Part shown: piece by piece, positions 8,255-15,996 of the stretch
Layout of the letters: each line of letters starts with the position of its first letter
Numbering within the stretch: the stretch's first letter is position 1
NCBI RefSeq assembly: GCF_000189295.2
Contig: NC_016803.1
Span: 3,660,001 to 3,692,000, forward strand
Source: Pseudodesulfovibrio mercurii
Lineage (GTDB): Bacteria > Desulfobacterota > Desulfovibrionia > Desulfovibrionales > Desulfovibrionaceae
DNA: 32,000 nucleotides
Reading direction: 5' to 3'
The notes under the pieces: generated by a model
Database searches by the model: none
Told to the model about the DNA's origin: nothing
What the model saw: only the letters and a program-made list of their open reading frames with translations
Made by a program: the position numbers and the translations under genes

Positions 8255-9943
8255 TCAGGCGCCGAGGCCCAGGCGGTCGGCCAGGGCGCGGGCCTTTTGT
8301 TCGAGGTCGGTCCACAGGCGCGTCCGGTTCTCCCAGCCCAGGCGGGCCAGTTCCTCATCCGAGTACTTGGTGTTCAATTTCAGTTTGTTGCCCATGACCA
8401 TGCCGATCTGGCGGGCGGTCTGGGACTTGGCCAGGGACGAGTGCTGCACGTGGCGCACGGCCAGGCCGCCCACGTACAGGGCCGGGGTGTTGTCCAGCCC
8501 CGCCCGCAGGTCGCGGTCCAGGTCGTCGAACTGGGACGGGGTGTAGCGCAGGTCGAAGCCGCCCGTGCGTTCGATGGAGGCCAGGCTCACCAGGTGGCAG
8601 CAGCCGGACACGGACAGACAGGGGCGGGTGTAGGTGAACAGCCCGGTGTCCGGGCCGCCCGCGCAGTTGTCGTAGAGCGGCACCCGGTTGGGCAGGGTGT
8701 CCGGGACCGGCTCGGACGGCGGCGCGGGGATCATGTTGTAGTCCGCCGATTGCAGGCCGAAGGGCGGCACGGCGGCGGTGATCCGGCAGCCCACGCTGCC
8801 GATGTCGTCGCGGCCCGCCACCGGGCCGAGCAGCCGCCGCAGCCAGTCGCCGGGCAGGACCACGTCGTCGTCCAGGAAGGCGGCCCATTTGGTCCCGCGC
8901 ACCTCGGGCAGGGACAGGAGCCAGTTGCGCGCGGCGGGCGCGCCCACGTTGACCGGCAGGGTCTCCACGTGGAAGCGGTCCGCGCCGAACTGCCGGGCCG
9001 CCCTGGCCAGGACCCGGTCCGTGTGGTCCGTGGACCCGTTGTTCAGGGCGAAGACGCGGGCCGGGCCGATGTCGCTGGCGTGCAGGGAATCCAGGGTCGC
9101 GGCCAGGAGGTCCGCCTTGTTCCAGGAGTAGACCAGCACGGCCGCCTCGGCGCACGCCTCGGGCGCGGCCACGGGCGCGGGGAAAAAGATGTCGTGGAGC
9201 TTCAGAGTCAGGTTGACGTGCCACGGGACGGCCTGCCACAGCCCGGCCAAAGCCCCCTTGGCCTCGCCCTTGCGGCCCATGCGCAGCAGGGTCTCGCCGC
9301 CCGCATAGGCCCGCCACAGTCCCCAGGTGGCCGGGTCCAGCGCCTCGATGACCGGCAGGGCCTCCTCGGGCGGCAGGCAGTGGAAGGCCCGGTCCGCCTC
9401 AAACCGCGCCCGCAGGGGCAGGGTGGCCTCGGTCCACTTGACCATGTCCAGGGCGGCCATGGCGATCTCCGGTCTGCCCAGGAGCAGGAGGTCCCGCCAG
9501 ACGTGCTCCAGCCAGCCCAGACCCTTGGCCGGGTCGCCGAGGACCACGGCCAGGAAGCGCAGGATCAGGCTGCGGTCGTCCTGGCGGGCCAGGGCGTACC
9601 AGGCGTCCGTGGCCTCGCCCTCCGCGGGCCGCTCAAGGTCGGCGGCCAGGACCATGAGCCGGGTCAGGGCGCGGTCCGCCTTGAGCCCGAGGTTGACGCC
9701 CCGGACCGCCCAGCGGGCCACGTCCGGGGCCAGCGGGTAGGTCTGCATGCCCCACAGGGCCATGCCCACGGCCACGTTGCGGCAGCCGGGGTTGTCCTCG
9801 CTCAGGATGAACAGCCCCTGGAGCAGCCTGGGCAGCGCCTCGGCCTGGCCCATGCCCAGGTGCCAGCCGGACAGGTGGCGCGGGAAGGCGGGCTCGATGG
9901 GCGCGCAGGGCGGCAGGGTGCGGGGGAAGGCGAAGTGGTTCAT
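8255..9943 (-). CDS. family 2 glycosyltransferase with N-terminal helical-repeat region
   Basis: GT2 core: VLVYSWNKADLLAATLDSL, ALNNGSTDHT, PVNVGAPAARN and AFLDDDVVLP (the DxD region). Confidence 0.8.
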   Translation of the reverse strand: MNHFAFPRTLPPCAPIEPAFPRHLSGWHLGMGQAEALPRLLQGLFILSEDNPGCRNVAVGMALWGMQTYPLAPDVARWAVRGVNLGLKADRALTRLMVLAADLERPAEGEATDAWYALARQDDRSLILRFLAVVLGDPAKGLGWLEHVWRDLLLLGRPEIAMAALDMVKWTEATLPLRARFEADRAFHCLPPEEALPVIEALDPATWGLWRAYAGGETLLRMGRKGEAKGALAGLWQAVPWHVNLTLKLHDIFFPAPVAAPEACAEAAVLVYSWNKADLLAATLDSLHASDIGPARVFALNNGSTDHTDRVLARAARQFGADRFHVETLPVNVGAPAARNWLLSLPEVRGTKWAAFLDDDVVLPGDWLRRLLGPVAGRDDIGSVGCRITAAVPPFGLQSADYNMIPAPPSEPVPDTLPNRVPLYDNCAGGPDTGLFTYTRPCLSVSGCCHLVSLASIERTGGFDLRYTPSQFDDLDRDLRAGLDNTPALYVGGLAVRHVQHSSLAKSQTARQIGMVMGNKLKLNTKYSDEELARLGWENRTRLWTDLEQKARALADRLGLGA

Positions 9944-9982
9944 GATTCTTGCCGAGTTGCGGAAATTCCGGTTCCGGGCCGG

Positions 9983-11122
9983 TCAGCAGGCCGGCCCTTC
10001 GAGGTCGTCGAGGATGATGCGCGCGGCCCGGCCGGGCGCGCCGGGGTCGCCGACCATGGTGCGCAGGACCTTGAGGCCGTCCTTGACCTCGCCGTAGGCC
10101 GCCGGGTCGTCCAGCCAGGCCCCGGCCGTGCGGGCCAGGTTCTCGGCCGAGGCGTCCCGGCCGATGAACTCGGGATATATCTCGCGTCCCAGGATGAGGT
10201 TGGGCAGGGAGATGTACTTGACGTTGATGAGCAGTCTGCCGACCAGCTCGGACAGGGGCGAGACCTTGTAGGCCACCAGTACCGGGGTGCCGATGAGGGC
10301 GGTCTCCAGGGTCACGGTGCCCGAGGCGGCCATGATGAACCGGCAGGAGCGGAAGGTCTCGTAGCGCTCGTCCGGGGAGACGAAGGACACCGGGATGTCG
10401 GTGGGCCACAGGGAGCGCAGCAGCGCCTCGTCCATGCCCGGCGCGCGGACCAGCACGTATTCCAGGTCCGGATGGTCCACGGCCAGCCGCCGGGCCGCGT
10501 CCGCGAAGACCGGCAGCAGGGAGGTCACCTCCCTGGTTCGGCTGCCCGGCAGCAGCCCGATGCGGTTCCCGCGCACGGCCATGGCGTCCAGCCGGTCGAG
10601 CGGCAGCACGTCCATGAGCGGGTGGCCCACATAGGCCACGTCCATGCCGTATTTGGCGTAGAAATCCTTCTCGAAGGGCAGGATGCAGATGACCTTGCGG
10701 ACGAATTCGCGCAGGAAGTTCGCCCGGCCCGAGCGCCAGGCCCATATCTGCGGGCTGATGTAGTAGTAGACCGGGATGCCGAGCTTCCTGGCCATGCGCG
10801 CGATGCGGAAATTGAACTCCGGGCAGTCCACCAGGACGATGGCCCTGGGCCGGAGGGCCGCCAGCTCCTTCTTGATGATTCCGAGCAGCTTGAGGATGCG
10901 CGGCAGGCCGCCGAGGATCTCGGTGATGCCCACCAGGGATATCTCGCGCATGGAGTGGCGCGGCACGAACCCCTCCCGCTCCATGGCCGGGCCGCCCATG
11001 CCGGTGAAGGACACGTCCGGGTCCATGGCCCGGAACGCCTTCATCAGCTCCGCGCCGTGCAGGTCGCCCGAGGCCTCGCCCACGCTGAACCAGATGGGGC
11101 CGGATGGATTGCCAGTGCTCAT
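9983..11122 (-). CDS. lpxB: lipid-A-disaccharide synthase
   Basis: Full-length similarity to LpxB from memory: GEASGDLHGAELM, YYISPQIWAWR, PFEKDFYAKYG, LLPGSR, ASGTVTLE and YISLPNLILGRE. Confidence 0.9.
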   Translation of the reverse strand: MSTGNPSGPIWFSVGEASGDLHGAELMKAFRAMDPDVSFTGMGGPAMEREGFVPRHSMREISLVGITEILGGLPRILKLLGIIKKELAALRPRAIVLVDCPEFNFRIARMARKLGIPVYYYISPQIWAWRSGRANFLREFVRKVICILPFEKDFYAKYGMDVAYVGHPLMDVLPLDRLDAMAVRGNRIGLLPGSRTREVTSLLPVFADAARRLAVDHPDLEYVLVRAPGMDEALLRSLWPTDIPVSFVSPDERYETFRSCRFIMAASGTVTLETALIGTPVLVAYKVSPLSELVGRLLINVKYISLPNLILGREIYPEFIGRDASAENLARTAGAWLDDPAAYGEVKDGLKVLRTMVGDPGAPGRAARIILDDLEGPAC

Positions 11123-11252
11123 GCACAGTCAGTAGCCCATGTCCCGCCCGGCCGCAAGACGAACCGGTCCGCACCTCTCGCCGGGGTTGCCATGGCCGCC
11201 GTTGCCCTGTACTAGACACTCGCAACGTGAACTCCAGAACGAGGATACACAC

Positions 11253-12176
11253 ATGTTGAAAGTCGGAGTGGTCGGACTGGGCCGCATGGGCGGCATCCAC
11301 CTGCGCAACTATACGGAAATGCCGGGCGTGGAAGTGGTCGGCGTGGTCGACGTGGACGCCAAGGCGCGCGAGGCCGTGGCCGCCCGGTTCGGCGTGCGGA
11401 CCTTCGCCACCCTGGACGAGCTGCTCGCCTTCGAGCCGGACGCCGTGTCCGTCTGCGTGCCCACCTTCCTGCACCACGAGGCGGGCATGCGCCTGCTCGA
11501 CCGGGGCGTGGCCGCGATCATCGAGAAGCCCCTGGCCGCCACGGCCGCCGAGGGCGAGGAACTGGTGGCCAAGTCCCGCGAAAAGGGCGTGCCCCTCATG
11601 GTCGGCCACGTGGAGCGCTTCAACCCGTCCATCGAGCGGGTCAAGTCCCTGCTCGGCGACGACGTCATCTCCGTGCATATCGAGCGCGTCAGCCCGTACC
11701 CGGTGCGCATCCAGGACGTGGGCGTCATCAAGGACCTCGGGTCCCACGACATCGACCTGATCCGCTACCTGACCGGCTCGGACATCAAGGCCGTGCACGC
11801 GGTGGCCTCGGCCTCCTTCGGCAAGCACGAGGACTCCGCCCTCATCGCCGCCGAGATGGAAAACGGCGTCCTGGCCCAGATCACCACCAACTGGGTGACC
11901 CCGTTCCGGAGCCGCAAGATCAGCGTGGCCTGCAAGTCCAAGTTCGTGGTCGCCGACCTCATCGCCCAGAGCGTCACGGAATACTCGCCCTTCTCCGAGA
12001 CCGACAAGACCTACTCCGTGCGCGAATGGCCGGTCGTGGCCCGCGAACCCATCAAGGCCGAACTGACCGCCTTCCTCGACGCCCTGCGCAACAACACCCC
12101 GGTCCCCATCACCGGCGAAGACGGCCTCGAAGTCCTCAAAACCTTCGAACGCATCTTCGCGGGCCTGAACAAATAA
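11253..12176 (+). CDS. Gfo/Idh/MocA-family NAD-dependent oxidoreductase (possible UDP-sugar 3-dehydrogenase)
   Basis: Contains VGVVGLGRMGGIH (Rossmann), the EKP motif and GHVERFNP. I prefer the ATG at 11253. The ORF-track start at 11139 adds a non-homologous Arg/Pro-rich extension. Confidence 0.85.
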   Translation: MLKVGVVGLGRMGGIHLRNYTEMPGVEVVGVVDVDAKAREAVAARFGVRTFATLDELLAFEPDAVSVCVPTFLHHEAGMRLLDRGVAAIIEKPLAATAAEGEELVAKSREKGVPLMVGHVERFNPSIERVKSLLGDDVISVHIERVSPYPVRIQDVGVIKDLGSHDIDLIRYLTGSDIKAVHAVASASFGKHEDSALIAAEMENGVLAQITTNWVTPFRSRKISVACKSKFVVADLIAQSVTEYSPFSETDKTYSVREWPVVAREPIKAELTAFLDALRNNTPVPITGEDGLEVLKTFERIFAGLNK

Positions 12177-12180
12177 ATTC

Positions 12181-12250
12181 GCCTCCGGCGGCCGGGGGAA
12201 GGGGAAGGAAAACCCTTTGAAAAGGGCTTTCCTCCCTTCCCCGGACCCCC
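12181..12250. repeat. repeat module E (GCCTCCGGCGGC plus G/C-run hairpin)
   Basis: The reverse complement resembles 31925-31980: the shared GCCGCCGGAGGC plus a long GGGG...CCCC hairpin with a TTTGAAAA-type loop. Confidence 0.6.
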
Positions 12251-12415
12251 ATCCCCTTCCTTTCCTAAATTTTGTATCGCCGTTTCGCGGGGCAATTCAC
12301 AACAAAAAGGCCTCCGACCCACCCCTGGGTCAAAGGCATTCCTTCTTCATTCTTCTGGAGCGCTTCGGATGCGCAGCATCCGACAGTGGCTCTCTTACCG
12401 CGCTGGCACTAGGCT

Positions 12416-12500
12416 TTGATTCGCCCCGTCCTGGGGCTCACCCCTTCGGGGTGTTGCGGAAAGACCGCAACGTCCAAATCCGCTGTCCTGGGGATTTGTC
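12416..12500. repeat. repeat module B, inverted copy
   Basis: The reverse complement matches 21952-22036 except for one nt and a completely different central hairpin. Confidence 0.85.
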
Positions 12501-12668
12501 GAGAGTGGGTCGGCTGTGCATTTTCTTCCGGCCGCGACAACCGCAGTGTGCATCAGTTCTTAGGCCGAGCTTGCTCGGTCTTAGAGATGACGACAGCAGC
12601 GATAGCCGGCTACGTGAGGATTGGCGCGGCCGGAAAAAATGTGCAGATGGCCCGCTATCGGAAGCCGC
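12500..12668. repeat. family-A long palindromic repeat, copy A2 (inverted, with ~50-nt loop insertion)
   Basis: Outer arms CGAGAGTGGGTCGGCTGTGCATTTT and AAAAAATGTGCAGATGGCCCGCTATCGGAAGCCGC. The inner stem pairs 12519-12540 with 12621-12641. The loop keeps CCGCAG...CTACGTGAGGA. Confidence 0.8.
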
Positions 12669-12707
12669 TCCCCGTCCTGCATCCACCCTCCGCCAGCGGA
12701 AGCCGGA

Positions 12708-13340
12708 TTATGACTTGGCCACCTCACCCTCAACGGTGATGTAATCAATTATTTCGGTCAACCCGTTGATCTCCGCCGCAATGGCGAGGGCCGCCGTCTT
12801 CTGGCTGTAGTCTCGGGTCCGGCCGATGAGGATGGCGTGGCTGCGCACGACCTCCACGCGCAGGTCCGTGCCCTGGAGGCGTTTGGTCTCGCCGAACCGC
12901 TCGGCCAGCTCCCTGGTCAGCAGTTCGTCGCGGGCCGCGTCGCGGGCGGCCGCCCTGGCCGGGGGCGCGGGGTAGAACTTGCAGGTGATGGTCCGGATGC
13001 CCTGGACCGTGGCCGCCGTGCGGATGGCGTAGTCGGCCTGGGTGCGGCTGCGCACCTGGCCGATGAGATATGCCCTGGAGTCGATGACGTGGGCCGACAG
13101 ATGCAGGTCGTTGAGCTCCAGCCGCTCGCGCAGGCGGCGCTCCAGCTGGGTGTCGTGGACGATGCCCAGAGCCCCGCCCTCCACGTTGTCTCGCGGCAGG
13201 TAGTCGTCGGCCATGACCACGGCGTCGTAGCCGGTCATGGCCCCGCCCGCCACCTGGACCGCGGGGTACAGCGCGCATCCGGCGAGGAGCGCGGAAAGGA
13301 GGACGGCCAGCGCCGCCAGGCACGCTTTTTCGGGCATCAT
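12708..13340 (-). CDS. BON-domain lipoprotein (OsmY/DolP-like)
   Basis: Signal peptide with lipobox LLAGC. Two BON-like repeats (LSAHVIDSRAYLIGQVRS and LRVEVVRSHAILIGRTRD). Confidence 0.8.
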   Translation of the reverse strand: MMPEKACLAALAVLLSALLAGCALYPAVQVAGGAMTGYDAVVMADDYLPRDNVEGGALGIVHDTQLERRLRERLELNDLHLSAHVIDSRAYLIGQVRSRTQADYAIRTAATVQGIRTITCKFYPAPPARAAARDAARDELLTRELAERFGETKRLQGTDLRVEVVRSHAILIGRTRDYSQKTAALAIAAEINGLTEIIDYITVEGEVAKS

Positions 13341-13407
13341 TGACCCTGGAGTATAGTGAAAGGTCTAGATAATGTCTAACACTATCGCGACGGTCAGTCC
13401 CTCACGG

Positions 13408-15027
13408 TCAGCCCTTGATGGCCAGGATGTGGACCAGGCCCGCGATGGACTGCCGGTCCACCACGTGGAATTCAGGCAGCTTGTCCTCGATGTCCCGCCA
13501 GTGGCTCTCGCGCATGACCAGGACGACCTTGTCGTGCTTGGCCATTTCCTCCATGAGCTGCGCGTAGTTGTCGTACTCGGGGTAATCGTGGTCGGCGTAC
13601 CAGGTGTAGATGCCGGAGTAGACCCTGGCCGAGAAGGGCGCGTAGCCGCGCTCGATGTAGTCCTTGAGGACCAGGGCCTGGCGCTTGGGGCTCATGGCGT
13701 CGTCCAGGGAGGGTGCGGCCAGCAGGCCCACGGGGTGGATCCACAGGATCATGGCCAGGGCGCAGGTCAGGAGCGCGGCGCGGAACCCTTCGGCGCGCAC
13801 GGTCACGATGGCCCCGCCGCCGAGGACGAGCACGGCCGCGCAGATGCCCATGCCGTGCACGGGCACGGGCAGGGGGATGAGGTCGCCGACCAGGAGCAGG
13901 GCCGCGCCCACCACGATCCACAGGCCGCCCACCAGGGTCCACAGCCGCCGGGCGCGGACCTCGCTCATGGTCCGCAGGTCGTCGGCGATGAGGATGGCCA
14001 GCGGCGGGAACATGGGCAGGACGTAGATGAAGACCTTGCCGGACAGGCTCGAAAGGAAAATGAAGGTGGCGAGGAACATGATCCACAGGAAGGTCCTGGC
14101 ACCGGCCTGGCGGCGTCCGCCCCACAGCTCGCCCCAGAAGGACAGGGACAGGAGGCGGCGCAGCGGGGCCGCGAACACGGCCAGGGTCCACGGCAGCCAG
14201 GCCAGGGGGAAGGCCGCGAAGTACCACCACCAGGATTCCTTGTGGTGGAAGGTGTGGGTGGCCCGCTCCAGGATCTGCTTGCCGAGCACGGTGTCGATCA
14301 GGAAGCGCGGACCCTCGGCCAGGATCACGCCCGCCACCCAGGCGGCGAGCATGGTCAGCATGACCAGCAGTCCGAGCCCGGTGCGCCGGGAGAAGAGCCG
14401 CTTGAGTTCGCCCTTGAAGGCCAGGAACAGGGCGACGTTCATCAGGGGAAAGAGGAAGCCGAGCGGCCCCTTGACCAGGGTGGCGGCCCCGGCCAGGGCG
14501 AATCCCCAGACCGGCCACCAGCCTTCGGTCCTGTCGGTGTAGGCCCGGTAGAAGGCGGCGTGGCTCAGGATGATCAGGCCCGCGAACATGAGGTCCATGC
14601 GCGAGTAGTGCAGCAGGGCCGCGACCATGAAGGTGGAGATCAGGATCAGGGAGGAGGCGAGCGAGGTGGTCCGGTCGAACTTGAGGGTCCGGGCCAGGGC
14701 GTAGGCCGCGAACAGGAAGAACAGGCCGGAGCAGGCCGCGCCCGCGAAGAACACGGCGGGCGGGTCGAGCGGCGTGAGCTTGTCGATGAGCCAGAGGAAC
14801 CAGAAGTAGACCGGCGGCTTGTCCGGGTATGCCTGGCCGTTCAGGGCCAGGACCATCCACTTGCCGCCCTGGGCCAGGTTCCGGTAGGCGTCGGCGTAGC
14901 GGACCTCGTCCGAGAACCACAGGGCGCGGTTGTTCAGGGTGAACCAAGTCTGGGCCAGGACGGCCAGGGTCATGGTCAGCCAGGGATGGTTTTCGAGCCG
15001 GGTCCAGATGGTGCGGGCGACGCTCAT
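13408..15027 (-). CDS. ArnT-like (GT39/GT83) undecaprenyl-phosphate-sugar:lipid A glycosyltransferase family protein
   Basis: Polytopic membrane protein. The N-terminal motif SDEVRYADAYRNL followed by YPDKPPVYFW is typical of ArnT/PMT-type transferases. Confidence 0.8.
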   Translation of the reverse strand: MSVARTIWTRLENHPWLTMTLAVLAQTWFTLNNRALWFSDEVRYADAYRNLAQGGKWMVLALNGQAYPDKPPVYFWFLWLIDKLTPLDPPAVFFAGAACSGLFFLFAAYALARTLKFDRTTSLASSLILISTFMVAALLHYSRMDLMFAGLIILSHAAFYRAYTDRTEGWWPVWGFALAGAATLVKGPLGFLFPLMNVALFLAFKGELKRLFSRRTGLGLLVMLTMLAAWVAGVILAEGPRFLIDTVLGKQILERATHTFHHKESWWWYFAAFPLAWLPWTLAVFAAPLRRLLSLSFWGELWGGRRQAGARTFLWIMFLATFIFLSSLSGKVFIYVLPMFPPLAILIADDLRTMSEVRARRLWTLVGGLWIVVGAALLLVGDLIPLPVPVHGMGICAAVLVLGGGAIVTVRAEGFRAALLTCALAMILWIHPVGLLAAPSLDDAMSPKRQALVLKDYIERGYAPFSARVYSGIYTWYADHDYPEYDNYAQLMEEMAKHDKVVLVMRESHWRDIEDKLPEFHVVDRQSIAGLVHILAIKG

Positions 15028-15028
15028 G

Positions 15029-15649
15029 TCATGATCTCCTGAAAAGCGAGGAATCGGCGATGATCACGGCGGCGAAACCGCCCACGCTGCCGAGCAGCCA
15101 GCCGAAGAAGACGTCCGTGGGATGGTGCCAGCCGAGGTAGACCCGCGAGAAGCCCACCAGGGCCAGGAACAGGCCGAGAAGCAGGGGCACGGCCGCGCGC
15201 GCTGCGCGCAGGGCCAGGGGCAGGGTCCAGCCGGTGATCTCGGTGGTGTGGCCCGAGGGCAGGGCCTCCTGGGCGGCGCGGCCGGACAGCGGCTCGTACC
15301 AGCCGCCCTGGCCGGGCCGGGGTCTGCCGATGAGATATTTGGTGAAGTGCACGGCCAGTCCGGCCACCACCCCCTGGACCACCAGCAGGACGAGGACGAA
15401 GCGCAGCCGTTCGCGGTTGCCGGACCGCCAGGCGGTCAGGAGCATGCCCGCGTAGAAGACGTAGAACAGGGGGTTGCACCAATCCGTGACCAGGCGCAGG
15501 AAGGTCTTGAGCCCGGCGTGGGCCGCGCGGTGATCCTTGAAGAACGCGGCCACCTCCCGCTCGCTCCCGAACCCGAACCAGAGCAGGCCGAGGACGATGA
15601 GCAGGGGCGCGGAATAGAGCGCCCAGTGTTTCAGGGAAGTGCAGCGCAT
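15029..15649 (-). CDS. PAP2-family phosphatase (lipid A or undecaprenyl-PP phosphatase-like)
   Basis: Acid phosphatase motifs KYLIGRPRP, PSGH and SRVYLGWHHPTDV. Its stop lies 1 nt from the start of the ArnT-like gene. Confidence 0.85.
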   Translation of the reverse strand: MRCTSLKHWALYSAPLLIVLGLLWFGFGSEREVAAFFKDHRAAHAGLKTFLRLVTDWCNPLFYVFYAGMLLTAWRSGNRERLRFVLVLLVVQGVVAGLAVHFTKYLIGRPRPGQGGWYEPLSGRAAQEALPSGHTTEITGWTLPLALRAARAAVPLLLGLFLALVGFSRVYLGWHHPTDVFFGWLLGSVGGFAAVIIADSSLFRRS

Positions 15650-15699
15650 GCGGGTTTATAAGCCATCGGGAGGAGCCAGGCAAGCCGGGCGCGGCGCGC

Positions 15700-15897
15700 C
15701 TAGGACTCGCCGTCCCCGTTGGAGGGGTAGGGCTCGTGGGTGTACCGGGCCCAGACCTCGGGGCTCGCCTTGAGTTCCTTGAGGATGTCGGTCAGGGACT
15801 TGCCTTCCTGTTTCCAGTACTTGTCGGCGTTGTCCGAGCACTCGAAGGGGATGACCAGGGTGCCGTCCTCGGTCAGAAAGGGTTTCTTCTCGTCCAT
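15700..15897 (-). CDS. small hypothetical protein (65 aa)
   Basis: GC3-biased codon usage. It sits between the Maf-like and PAP2 genes on the same strand. I do not recognise a family. Confidence 0.55.
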   Translation of the reverse strand: MDEKKPFLTEDGTLVIPFECSDNADKYWKQEGKSLTDILKELKASPEVWARYTHEPYPSNGDGES

Positions 15898-15996
15898 GGC
15901 GGGGCACTATTTCACGGAACCGCCGCAAAGACAAGCACCCCGTGATTTTTAACGGATCGTCCGTGTTTGCGGGAGGTTGGCGTGTTGTGTGCGGAA

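Noticed and set aside
7883-11215. Very long alternative-frame ORFs: the 1110-aa ORF here, plus 172-2010(+), 1676-3334(+), 3262-4935(-), 9633-11828(-), 13372-15042(+), 15656-17824(-), 17852-20242(-), 25080-26420(+) and 27357-29414(+).
   Set aside because: Their translations are low-complexity and rich in Arg, Gly, Pro and Ala. Each lies antisense to, or out of frame with, a CDS that has clear family motifs. These are typical shadow ORFs of GC-rich DNA.
11139-11252. Upstream extensions of ORF-track starts: Gfo/Idh/MocA at 11139, the Maf-like gene at 17817, MscS at 2064, iorB at 27396, the TPR protein at 30012 and GntR at 5083.
   Set aside because: The extensions are Arg/Pro-rich or overlap regulatory sites and neighbouring genes. 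Internal starts with RBS-like sequences coincide with the beginning of family homology.
12217-12744. The 175-aa and 107-aa ORFs in the 12177-12707 interval.
   Set aside because: They are composed entirely of repeat modules E, B and A, which recur in both orientations elsewhere. There is no RBS, no GC3 bias and no family resemblance.
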